Virus record (IMG/VR): IMGVR_UViG_3300025073_000989
DNA from: a virus
Lineage: Duplodnaviria; Caudoviricetes
DNA: 64,000 nt
Strand: one strand, 5' to 3'
The notes below the pieces were generated by a model. The model was not told the origin of the DNA and made no database searches. It saw only the letters and a list, made by a program, of their open reading frames with translations. A program made the translations under genes and the position numbers. Positions 49,254 to 58,279 of this stretch are shown here, one piece after another (positions within the stretch are counted from its first letter, which is position 1; each line of letters starts with the position of its first letter).

Positions 49254-49589
49254 ATGAAAACTGATAAGATAAAAGTAGGAGATATAGTAATTATTACGGA
49301 TAGAAGCTACGGTATGTCCAAAGTAGGGCGTAAGCTGGTTAAAGATTGTTTTCTCAGAGCATCATGACCTTCTTCAGAGCCGAGCACTACGAGCCACAAG
49401 TGCCGAGTAATGGAAATAGGAGGCCCTTTTCCTACCAACATGCTTTGTTATGATCAAGGTTTAGTTACACGTAAACCGCCAACGAATGATGTAAAGCTTA
49501 GCGTGATCGGAATTAAAGGAGTGGCTATCTATACCAATCTGAAATTCATAGTTAAGGCGCTTGAAATTCCAGAAAAAACCAAAAAATAA
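49254..49589 (+). pseudogene. 111-codon ORF with single in-frame TGA
   Basis: AAGGAG RBS, MKTDKIKVGDIV...RAS*PSS...EKTKK; TGA 49365-49367. Confidence 0.55.
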
Positions 49590-49813
49590 TAAAGAAAAAG
49601 TGATTTAATAACCATTTGTAATTGTTACAAGTATTATACCTAGTATAATATTATATTAACTATATGTTATTATTAGCAAATTACAGTAATAGTATAGTAT
49701 AGTATATTAGAATGTTAAATAGAAATAAACTTAAGCAATTACAATAGGTTAATGCCTAATTTTTATAAAAAAATTAAATAGGTATTTGGAGAAAGAATTA
49801 CTAAGGAGCCAAC

Positions 49814-50011
49814 ATGAATACTATTATAATTAAGCGTCTGAACACAAAGTTGTATGTTTTCAAAGGGCAGGTCTATCAAAGTTTGGACCCAATTGACACA
49901 ATATGCCAAGAATTTTTCAAAGGTCAACCAGTCCAAATAACAGACGCAGATAAGCATGAAAAAGCTTTTTGGGGCTTCTCCATAAAAGATGGTACAGCAA
50001 CTATTATTTAA
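49814..50011 (+). CDS. Hypothetical protein
   Basis: AAGGAG RBS. Confidence 0.55.
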   Translation: MNTIIIKRLNTKLYVFKGQVYQSLDPIDTICQEFFKGQPVQITDADKHEKAFWGFSIKDGTATII

Positions 50012-50096
50012 GGAAACAACCATGAAATACACAAGTTGACGGAAGAATCAAACTTGATCACTGTATAATCTGTAAAAATCCTATTTAGGGGGCACT

Positions 50097-50672
50097 ATGG
50101 ACAACAATAGTTGAATACCAAAAGTCGGAGATATCTGCACACAGAAAAAGCAAAAAAGTATAAAATTAGGATCTCATCACTTTAATTATCTTATAGATAT
50201 GTTCTTTGCGCAAGTATATGCAAGATTTAATCATATAGCTATTGCTGAAATTATACTTTCCATTTTGGGCGAGCCTAAGATTTTACTTACAGTAAATACA
50301 GTACATAACTACATTAGTCCTATTGATATGATGATTAGAAAAGGGGCTATTGCAAGTTATAAAGATTCGTTAATGGTAATTCCGTTCAATATGGAAGATG
50401 GTTTATTAATTTGTAGAGGAAAATCCAATGAGGGCTGGAATTTTTCCGCCCCTCATGGGGCCGGTAGAATTGGTAGTCGCGCTTGGGCAAAAGAAAATCT
50501 AAATCTTGAACAAGCAAGAGCAGGCATGTCGTCAAAAGGAATTTATTCTTCTAATATTCCAATAGACGAAACCAAGGGAGCCTACAAATCATCAGAAATG
50601 ATAAAGGCAGCGATTGGGCCTACAGCTGAAATAATTCATCAAGTAAGACCAATACTTAATATTAAAGCGTGA
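50097..50672 (+). pseudogene. rtcB: RtcB RNA ligase C-terminal fragment fused to short leader
   Basis: YL.DM..AQ.YA..N, HNY, RKGA, IPFNM, SAPHGAGR, DE...AYK present; N-terminal metal-binding motifs absent; in-frame ATG 50097 with TGA at 50112. Confidence 0.75.
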
Positions 50673-51523
50673 GGTACTTTATGATTGATCTTTGGAACTC
50701 AAGTACAAGTAAATATCTGAAGGATTTGGTGATATATTTCAGTAATCTTGAACAAAAACCTTTTTATGAAGGAGTAAGTAAAATGTTTAATAAAGATGAT
50801 TCAACTTGGTCACGGAGTCAGGACGCTCTTTTATTAGGATTCCAAACAACTTGCAGAGAAAGGATCGCTAAGTTATTAAAAGTAGAAGATTTAGCAACTG
50901 AGGCCAGCAAAGAATTTATTCCTAGACATGAGGAAAAAGTTGCTTCAGTTATGGCAGATATAAATAATCGTATAGCGACAGATATTCAAGATCTAAAAGA
51001 TACTTTTGAGTACAGACTTTTTTCTTCAGATAACCCCACTTTATTACAAAGAATTTTTAATTTTTTTAATAGCAACGAAAGAAAATATTCTTTTGTACCA
51101 GAATCTATTGAAGTGGAAAAAAGAACATTTGCTATATATGAAGGATTGCTGGAAACTACAATTAGCTTTAAAGTAAAAGCCTCTGCTTGGAAGGGCTATC
51201 ATAAACGAATAGGTTATAGAAGAGGTTATATAAGAGAAGAAGAAACCATTATAAATAGGTGTTTTTATATTAAAACTCAAGCTAGAAGGGGTAGAACAGC
51301 TTATATAGCGTATGATAAATATTCCGCAAGTTTGCTACCGGACAAAGTTTTACATGTAGTAAAAGATGCAATTCTTATCGGAATGACTGATATACAAGTA
51401 GCTGTTCCTATGGTTGAACCGGCCCAAAAAGATCCTATTATAGTTGGATTTGTAGACGAGCAGATGTTCCTTATAACCTGGTTTGGTTACGACCTCAATA
51501 AGCATACGTCGTATAATCTCTAA
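50669..51523 (+). CDS. Hypothetical protein
   Basis: 284-aa ORF; C-terminal DPIIVG...FLITWFG. Confidence 0.65.
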   Translation: MRYFMIDLWNSSTSKYLKDLVIYFSNLEQKPFYEGVSKMFNKDDSTWSRSQDALLLGFQTTCRERIAKLLKVEDLATEASKEFIPRHEEKVASVMADINNRIATDIQDLKDTFEYRLFSSDNPTLLQRIFNFFNSNERKYSFVPESIEVEKRTFAIYEGLLETTISFKVKASAWKGYHKRIGYRRGYIREEETIINRCFYIKTQARRGRTAYIAYDKYSASLLPDKVLHVVKDAILIGMTDIQVAVPMVEPAQKDPIIVGFVDEQMFLITWFGYDLNKHTSYNL

Positions 51524-51540
51524 TAATTTTTGTTGGAGAA

Positions 51541-52032
51541 ATTAAAATACAAGAAATTACTGGTAATATACTTGATTTTAAGAGAGGTATCATATGTCAA
51601 CAAGTAAACTGTATGGGAGTAATGGCCGCTGGTTTGGCCAAAGAGATCAAAACCGTGTATCCTGAGGTATATACAATATACCGTAATTGGTTTGAAAATA
51701 ATTACTTAAGTTTAGGACAACTATGTTGTGTTCCAATCAATAACCCTAACAATTCATTGTGGATAGCTAATTTATGTGGTCAATACAACTACGGTAGAAG
51801 TGGCTGCTATACAAGTTACGACGCTTTAACTGTAGCGTTACAAGCATTAGCTAACTTCATTTCTCAAAGATATATCCTTAGAGATCTACCAGTTTATATT
51901 CCATACAATATGGGTTGTGGTTTGGCCGGTGGAGACTGGAGTAGAGTGAAACAAATTATTTCAGAAAAGATACCGGAAGCGATTATTGTACGTTTACCAA
52001 AAAAAGGACTAAACCTATGCCTACTACAATAA
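51541..52032 (+). CDS. Macrodomain ADP-ribose hydrolase (DarG/Poa1p-like), start codon unclear
   Basis: Frame open upstream of ATG 51613: IKIQEITGNILD...IICQQVNCMGVMAAGLAK; IPYNMGCGLAGGDW; no ATG/GTG/TTG at the expected start. Confidence 0.8.
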   Translation: MKIQEITGNILDFKRGIICQQVNCMGVMAAGLAKEIKTVYPEVYTIYRNWFENNYLSLGQLCCVPINNPNNSLWIANLCGQYNYGRSGCYTSYDALTVALQALANFISQRYILRDLPVYIPYNMGCGLAGGDWSRVKQIISEKIPEAIIVRLPKKGLNLCLLQ

Positions 52033-52355
52033 AAATACGACTAATAGTAGGGTCTCTGTTAGTATCCTTTATCTTATTGGGTATGGATATAGCAGATGCC
52101 TATAAAACAGTAGATAAAGCTGAACCTATTTCTTCAGAAACTACTTTTGGAAAATACACAGTAATCTACGACGGCCCAAACAAAACTATGACTTGGAAGG
52201 ATGTTTATGACGTAAGGGAAAAAGATAATTTGTACTATGTTTTTTACACCACAATAGATAAAGAAAGGGTCAGAATTAAGGCACCAATTTCTCGTACAGT
52301 AATTAAACAGATTATGAAAGAAATTCCACATATAGAGAGTTCTATTGCCGGCTAA
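52017..52355 (+). CDS. Secreted/membrane-anchored hypothetical protein
   Basis: N-terminal signal-like helix. Confidence 0.5.
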   Translation: MPTTIKIRLIVGSLLVSFILLGMDIADAYKTVDKAEPISSETTFGKYTVIYDGPNKTMTWKDVYDVREKDNLYYVFYTTIDKERVRIKAPISRTVIKQIMKEIPHIESSIAG

Positions 52356-52382
52356 ACGAAACTCTAACAAAGGAGCTCAACA

Positions 52383-52862
52383 ATGAAAAACTGTAACCTT
52401 TTGTACGATGTAATCGCTGCGCACCTCTTGTGGTTGGAAACAAGCGGTATTTCAGGGACAAGGGCCGATCTTAGAGGGGCCAATCTTAGAGAGGCCGATC
52501 TTAGAGGGGCCGATCTTAGAAAGGCCGATCTGAAAAGGGCCAATCTAGAAGGGGCCGATCTTAGAGAGGCCAATCTTAGAGAGGCCAATCTTAGAGAGGC
52601 CAACCTTAGAAAGGCCAACCTTGTAGGGGCCAACCTGGACTTCTCTTCAGGAATTCCATTTCACTGCGGAGGTACAGAAATCATAGGAGATGACCGGATG
52701 TTCGCCCAAATACTGTACCACTTGACCAGACAGGATTGGTCAAACTGTTCTGAAGAAGTTCTGGAAGCTATCAAAATCATTAACAACATAAGATCGGCCA
52801 GCGGCGATAAGATAGTCGACCTGTTCTGTAAGTACAGGAGTGACGTAAAAATACTTAATTAG
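52383..52862 (+). CDS. Pentapeptide-repeat protein, copy C (12 repeats)
   Basis: Near-identical to copy A including flanking RBS regions. Confidence 0.92.
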   Translation: MKNCNLLYDVIAAHLLWLETSGISGTRADLRGANLREADLRGADLRKADLKRANLEGADLREANLREANLREANLRKANLVGANLDFSSGIPFHCGGTEIIGDDRMFAQILYHLTRQDWSNCSEEVLEAIKIINNIRSASGDKIVDLFCKYRSDVKILN

Positions 52863-52937
52863 GAGAATACTAATGGGCAATAATAAAGGCTTTACTCTTA
52901 ATGATTTACAGAGAAATAAAAAGATAAGGGGACTGGA

Positions 52938-53176
52938 ATGGTTAAGTCAATACTATCATCAGAAGACCTTTCCATTTGGAAAAACTTTTAAGTCTAACAA
53001 ATGAAAAAGGTATTCTAAAAACTGCCGTGGAAGCTGGTTTTCACAACGCAGATTGTCCAGGACATGATGCAGTGCTTATAGACCCGTATTTTTGGTTTTT
53101 AGTTTTATACGGTGCTACTTTTGTTATTATTTCGATTGCTTTGATGATATATGATACTAGTAGAGAGAACTATTAA
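52938..53176 (+). pseudogene. Membrane protein, apparent frameshift near 52980
   Basis: AGGGG RBS + MVKSILSSEDLSIW joins EKLLSLTNEKG... only after a frame change. Confidence 0.45.
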
Positions 53177-53569
53177 TGCCTTTGGGCCCAACGATAAAGC
53201 TCAGTGGACGCCGCCACAGAAGGGCTAAAAAATCAGCGCAAGGAGTTAATTTTATATGCAAAACCTAGAGTTCAATGCCTTTTGCGAAACGATACGGAGG
53301 TATTTCAAATGCGACGCCTCCTGTTATAGGTAGCACTTTTTAATTTTTTAACCCAGTGGATGGCGCCGGCGCGCAGGAGGGTCTTATAAACTCTTTAGCT
53401 GTAGATCACAGTTCTCGGGAGGGATCTACACCCTCATCCACTACCAATTTTAGTAGGAGAAATTAAATGTCATGGAATGACATTTAAAAGTTTTTGTCCA
53501 CCAAGACAAAAAAGTAGTAAACCAACCAAGCAGTCCAACCGTAAACCAAATGTAGGAGAAAGAAAGACT

Positions 53570-54391
53570 ATGGCACCAAGATTTGAGAAGGCAGTAGGAA
53601 TTGAAGTGGAATTTTTTGTAAAAAATGATAAGGGTGAGGTAGTAATGCCCGGTACTAATCTGGACAGGGATGATTTTCCACTTCTTGGAGAAATCAGAGC
53701 TGTTCAAGGTAAAACTATGGCTGAAGCCTTAGGCAATTTCTACAGAAAAAAAGTAGAAATGGAAGCTCTTTTAACAAAAAAGCAAGTTATGTCCATTTCA
53801 CACTTCGAACTTGCAAAGCTTAAGGTATACCAAGAAGCTATTAGGCTAATAACCGCACCAAAAAACAGTAAAGATATACGTAACATTTACGGAATCGATA
53901 TATCTGGTTTTACTGATCAAGTAGTTAAAGATGGTAAAATTCAAGGAGCTAATGTTTCCTGTGGTCTTCATATTCATCTCTCTTGTAGAGAAATTGATGA
54001 GGTTAAAGTGGAACAAGATGTTTATTCCGCAGTAAGTATACCAATTACTACTACCGCCTCAAAAGATGTTATTGGTCTTACCCATTTGGTTACTCCGTGT
54101 CTATCACTATTTAAACATGAAGGCACAAAGATTGAAAGAACGCTTATGGCATCTACATCAAAATTAAATCAGCCCACAATTGAATATATTGTTAGGGCTT
54201 TTGATGAAAAATTCTTTAAAAGATTTGCGCCGAAAAAAGAAGAATGCACAAAGTATCGTCAACCTGGATTCTTTGAACGGAAATCTTATGGTTTTGAATA
54301 TAGAAGCCTCCCCGCTAACGCAGAAACTATTAACGCTTTACCAGAGATAGTTGGTTTCGCGTTTGATATGCTAAAGCTAGCTTCAAGTTAA
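53570..54391 (+). CDS. phiEco32-like COOH-NH2 (amido)ligase
   Basis: GIEVEFF, GEIR, CGLHIHLS, YRQPG...GFEYRSLP; AGGAG RBS favours ATG 53570. Confidence 0.75.
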   Translation: MAPRFEKAVGIEVEFFVKNDKGEVVMPGTNLDRDDFPLLGEIRAVQGKTMAEALGNFYRKKVEMEALLTKKQVMSISHFELAKLKVYQEAIRLITAPKNSKDIRNIYGIDISGFTDQVVKDGKIQGANVSCGLHIHLSCREIDEVKVEQDVYSAVSIPITTTASKDVIGLTHLVTPCLSLFKHEGTKIERTLMASTSKLNQPTIEYIVRAFDEKFFKRFAPKKEECTKYRQPGFFERKSYGFEYRSLPANAETINALPEIVGFAFDMLKLASS

Positions 54392-54478
54392 TCAATAAAT
54401 CGAAGATAGCAGCTTTCCGGCATCCACTGGATGTAATTGTTGGGCGATTTTGCCCTTATCATTAGAGGAAAATAGGAC

Positions 54479-54676
54479 ATGGAAGAACAGATATTGCCCA
54501 GCGAGGAATTTAAAATGACAAAAGGGATTCTTTATTGTGTATGTGCTGAAGCGGAAGCAGAAATATGTGATAGATGCGAAAAATATAAAAGAATAAAACC
54601 AGATCACACATTGAATTACCCAGCGTGGAAAAGAGAAAACGCACAACTACCAGAAAACGGCATCGATGCCGCTTAA
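54479..54676 (+). CDS. Hypothetical protein
   Basis: ORF with CVC...CDRC. Confidence 0.5.
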   Translation: MEEQILPSEEFKMTKGILYCVCAEAEAEICDRCEKYKRIKPDHTLNYPAWKRENAQLPENGIDAA

Positions 54677-54741
54677 AATGACGAGCAAGCAAAGCACGGG
54701 GCTATCAATGTATTTCTTATAATTAGATTAAAAATTTTGTT

Positions 54742-54903
54742 AGCTGATGTGCCGGAACTGGCATACGGCGGTGTGGATATAAGCCTATATGGATGGGGTT
54801 GAGCAATAAATAGCGGCCTTCTGGCTCAAGGCAAAAACCACCGTGGACTAAACAGCCAGACGTAATAGTCCTATTCGGGTTCGACTCCCGGTATCAGCTA
54901 CCA
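54742..54903 (+). ncRNA. tRNA-shaped RNA with 65-nt insert in place of anticodon loop
   Basis: Acceptor (A)GCTGATG/TATCAGC(T) plus ACCA; class-II D arm CCGGAACTGGCATACGG; T arm TCGGG-TTCGACT-CCCGG; variable arm GGACTA/TAGTCC; CGGTG/CACCG stem encloses 54774-54838. Confidence 0.8.
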
Positions 54904-54926
54904 GTTGGAGAGTAAAGGAGAAAATT

Positions 54927-55244
54927 ATGGCCGAAGAACAAGTCCTGCTTGAAATTAGTAAACACTACTTTAATTTTTAAGAAAAAATAAAACTAACCGA
55001 AAGTTATCTACAAAAAACAGTTTGCTAGGAATACTTTATGTTGAACACATTACTATTTAAGTGGAATTACCGGTGTTTTGAGCCCCCACAACCATGCTTC
55101 ACTTGTGGTTCCGAAGAATACTATAGGGTTGATACAGAAGAAGGCTATCTTGTATTGTGTAAATCCTGCTACAATAAATTTGACCCTGTTTATAAACAAC
55201 CTTCTAACACTATTACTCTTCCTATTATAGGGGGTATATTATGA
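54927..55244 (+). pseudogene. Zn-ribbon protein with two in-frame stops in N-terminal part
   Basis: AAAGGAG RBS + ATG 54927 in frame with ORF 55038; TAA 54978, TAG 55026. Confidence 0.5.
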
Positions 55245-55546
55245 ATAGAGATACAGTGATTTTAGATTTTAGACAAACAGTTTTATTGCTTAATAAACTT
55301 AGAACATACGATCCTAATGGGTGTTCTGTTGCTGGATGTGCCAATAAGGCTCAAGTGTTTATTGAGGACACTAGTAAACCAGTAAAAAGCTACTGTTTAC
55401 CTTGTTACCGGAAAAAGCATCGCAGAGAAACAGAATACCTGAAACACTTAGTAAGCGCTTATATAGATAGACACAGACCGGTAAAAATAAGCAGAAAAAA
55501 AGTTTCTGAAATCTTTACAGAACTAAAAGGCTACTTTATCAAGTAA
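55241..55546 (+). CDS. Zn-finger hypothetical protein
   Basis: CSVAGC...CLPC; ATGA overlap. Confidence 0.55.
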   Translation: MNRDTVILDFRQTVLLLNKLRTYDPNGCSVAGCANKAQVFIEDTSKPVKSYCLPCYRKKHRRETEYLKHLVSAYIDRHRPVKISRKKVSEIFTELKGYFIK

Positions 55547-55568
55547 GTCTGAAAAGTAATAATAAATC

Positions 55569-55790
55569 ACTCCTACTAGGACATTGTCAGTCAAACGTCA
55601 GGTTCGCCGCAGTTAGGGGAACAGTTGGAGGTTCTGGAACATGCGTTTGTGATATAGTAGAAGTCTAGTAAGGAGTTGTGTTTTCTTCTACTATACTCTC
55701 CTGAGTAAGTTAATGGTATGTCTACCAATAAGTAAACCCCCGGACAGACACAGGGGGGGGGCCGTCGCTGGCCCTTCCCGATTTTTTTTA
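55569..55790 (+). ncRNA. Candidate structured intergenic RNA/leader
   Basis: Two long overlapping helices, several small hairpins, GC hairpin followed by T-run. Confidence 0.45.
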
Positions 55791-55960
55791 AAAAAAATAA
55801 AAAGAAGGTATGTAAATATATACATAAAATTTGTAGGGAGAGGGAAATTGCCTACTACCAGTAGAATCTGGCCCTGATGTCTACCCGAGGCTGAGAAGTT
55901 ATAGATAGGAAACTATAGGCAGCCCTACACAAACATCTAATTAAAAATGGAGAATAAACT

Positions 55961-56332
55961 ATGAACGACAATTACACAGAAGTAGTAAAAATAATTGCAG
56001 AAAAGCTTGGTTCTACTACGCAGCATGTTTGGGAAATTCTTCTTCGCCAGGCACCAATTACTTGTACTGTTAATTTAGTAATTGGTTTCATACTCTCTAT
56101 ACTAGCCTATAAGTATTTTGTTTTTACTAAACACAAAACCACAACACCACCAAAAACAGAAGATAATCATTTTCCCACAGCAGATTGGGCTGATGATGCC
56201 GCCTTTGCTGCACGTCTTGTTTGTGTGGCTGTAGTACTTTTTGTATTATTATTTAACCTCATATTTATACGAGACGCAATAATAGCATTTCTCAATCCAG
56301 AATATTGGGCGCTTAAAACACTCTTAAAATAA
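55961..56332 (+). CDS. Two-TM phage membrane protein
   Basis: AEKLG...WEILLRQA N-terminus, two TMs, FLNPEYWAL. Confidence 0.65.
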   Translation: MNDNYTEVVKIIAEKLGSTTQHVWEILLRQAPITCTVNLVIGFILSILAYKYFVFTKHKTTTPPKTEDNHFPTADWADDAAFAARLVCVAVVLFVLLFNLIFIRDAIIAFLNPEYWALKTLLK

Positions 56333-56540
56333 AAAGTAAAATTATGAAGTGGTTTTTGGAATTAATAGAAAAACATAAAAACATATCTATTTTATTAATT
56401 ATAGTAATACCTATGGTTTTATTAGTGTTTAGTCATAATAAAATAGTAGAATTGCTTACTCTTCTTTATTTTGTAGTTCTATGTTTAATTGGCCTATTTC
56501 TTTAGAAGTTAAATAAAAATTAAACTAAAGAGGAAAACCT

Positions 56541-56744
56541 ATGACTACCAATAAAAACACCGTACTTAAAAAAGCTATACATAAAATTAAAAGAGAACAA
56601 GGTAGATATAGAAGAAAAATATCACTTTTAAACGTACAAACTTTTGATTATAGACTTATGATGGAAGATGTCGGTGAGCCAATAAGAAAATTTGAATCTT
56701 TTTCTGAGGTAGACAGATTACTAAATAATAGCTGTAGAAGGTAA
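56541..56744 (+). CDS. Hypothetical protein
   Basis: GAGG RBS. Confidence 0.5.
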   Translation: MTTNKNTVLKKAIHKIKREQGRYRRKISLLNVQTFDYRLMMEDVGEPIRKFESFSEVDRLLNNSCRR

Positions 56745-56756
56745 ATAAGATTAAAA

Positions 56757-57209
56757 ATGATAATACAACAGATAAAATTTCTAAGAAAAGAATTAAATTG
56801 TCCAAAATGTGGACAAATAGTAAATGGAACACCGTGTAATCACATACTATTTATTCATATGAGTTTACTAAAAGATACCTTTATATACAATAATTGGTGT
56901 TTCGAAGATTTTATGTGCAGCTATAGCGAGTTGTATGAGGCCTATTATAATTCAAGAGAGGGCTGTACTATAAAAAACTTAGATCTAAAAATCTTAACTC
57001 TTTTAGAATGCAAAGAGATAGAAATATTCTTTTCACAGGAGAGAAGTTTGACTAATTTAGCAATAGAAAATACTACTATAATAGGTATAGCAAGGAAAAC
57101 AGAAACACAACAATTAATTTTTGATGAAAAGAGATTGGAAATTAAAACTATTGATAATAGATGTGATTATTGTATAGTTACTAACAAACCAATCTGCATT
57201 CATAATTAA
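56757..57209 (+). CDS. Zn-ribbon hypothetical protein
   Basis: CPKC...C.H. Confidence 0.5.
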   Translation: MIIQQIKFLRKELNCPKCGQIVNGTPCNHILFIHMSLLKDTFIYNNWCFEDFMCSYSELYEAYYNSREGCTIKNLDLKILTLLECKEIEIFFSQERSLTNLAIENTTIIGIARKTETQQLIFDEKRLEIKTIDNRCDYCIVTNKPICIHN

Positions 57210-57225
57210 AACTGAGGAAATTAAA

Positions 57226-57465
57226 ATGCGCCCGCTACTAAATGACGTAGGGATTATACCTTATTGTAAATGGAGATCTGTTTCTGGTAGACAGCTAGTA
57301 GCTAATAGCAATACAGTTATTGTCAGTGTTTGTAATAGCCCCAGTGTACTGATTCCTGCAAAAATTGTTGTTGCAAACGCACCTGGTATTCCCATTTTAA
57401 ATGTATTAACATGTTGTCACTGTCCTTATAGAAACAAGGAGGATGCTAACTATGCTAAAACTTAA
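57226..57465 (+). CDS. Cys-containing hypothetical protein
   Basis: GAGG RBS. Confidence 0.5.
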   Translation: MRPLLNDVGIIPYCKWRSVSGRQLVANSNTVIVSVCNSPSVLIPAKIVVANAPGIPILNVLTCCHCPYRNKEDANYAKT

Positions 57466-57784
57466 AGATATTGCATTCACAAAATTTATAGAAGACACCC
57501 CAGCAATTATACTTACAATGATAATAATATTAATAGTGAGTGTTGGGGGCGGAATTATAGTAACCTGTACAAAAGGGGAGTCTGTTACAGATACAACAAC
57601 GCTGAAAAAGCATGCCATATTTAGAGGCAACAATGAAGTCTATGAAATAGTTATAGATAATTGCCAATATCTAGCTAATCCACAAGGTACCTTATTGACA
57701 CACAAAGGTAATTGTACCAATCATGCTAACATTCCGACCGTTTTCTTTAATAGGGAAATATTAAGATTAAATTTAGGAAAATGA
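57443..57784 (+). CDS. Membrane-anchored protein
   Basis: TM followed by IDNCQY...THKGNC.NH. Confidence 0.6.
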   Translation: MLTMLKLKDIAFTKFIEDTPAIILTMIIILIVSVGGGIIVTCTKGESVTDTTTLKKHAIFRGNNEVYEIVIDNCQYLANPQGTLLTHKGNCTNHANIPTVFFNREILRLNLGK

Positions 57785-58003
57785 CAAGAGTGTTTTATGA
57801 CTAAAATGAATGAAATGAATGATATGTCCTATACTAAGTCTAGGTTTCCTTGCAAATAAACATTCAGCGCTTTGTATCAGACCAACAACTTTTACTTTAA
57901 ATAATTTACCTAAATACTTAAAGAGTGATTGTTCTTTTTGGGAATCAATGAATAAGAAATGTATTTTTGTTATATTTATGTGTAAATAATATTTGGTGAA
58001 AAA

Positions 58004-58252
58004 ATGAAGCCTATCGAAATAGTAACAGGAGTTACAGTAACTTTTACACGCGATATTCCAAAAGTAATAGAAGAACCACTAATTACTACTGTAATAAAAG
58101 CGGCTGAGTTGTATCAATACTCAAGAGTAAATTTAAAAGTAAAAAGTGTTTGTCCAGATTGCCATAGCATCCTTATAGAAGAAACCGACGTTGATACAAA
58201 AACGTTATACCAATGGTATTGCTCTAATAAAGGATGTAATTATAAGTTTTAA
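58004..58252 (+). CDS. Zn-ribbon protein
   Basis: CPDC...C...C. Confidence 0.55.
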   Translation: MKPIEIVTGVTVTFTRDIPKVIEEPLITTVIKAAELYQYSRVNLKVKSVCPDCHSILIEETDVDTKTLYQWYCSNKGCNYKF

Positions 58253-58279
58253 TTTTAAAAGTTAGGAGATCTAAAAACT

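Noticed and set aside
49365-49410. Selenoprotein TGA with SECIS
   Set aside because: Only a weak GCACT/AGTGC hairpin follows, there is no redox motif context, and no true tRNA-Sec (TCA anticodon) is present
38773-52862. Diversity-generating retroelement (TR/VR) among the pentapeptide copies
   Set aside because: No reverse transcriptase in the window, and differences include T/C and T/G changes, so they are not adenine-restricted
52873-52900. Prepilin-like KGFTL motif
   Set aside because: Not followed by the conserved Glu and hydrophobic helix
55831-55930. Hammerhead ribozyme or TPP riboswitch
   Set aside because: CTGATG/CTGAGA lack the exact CUGANGA core; TPP-like blocks occur in reverse order
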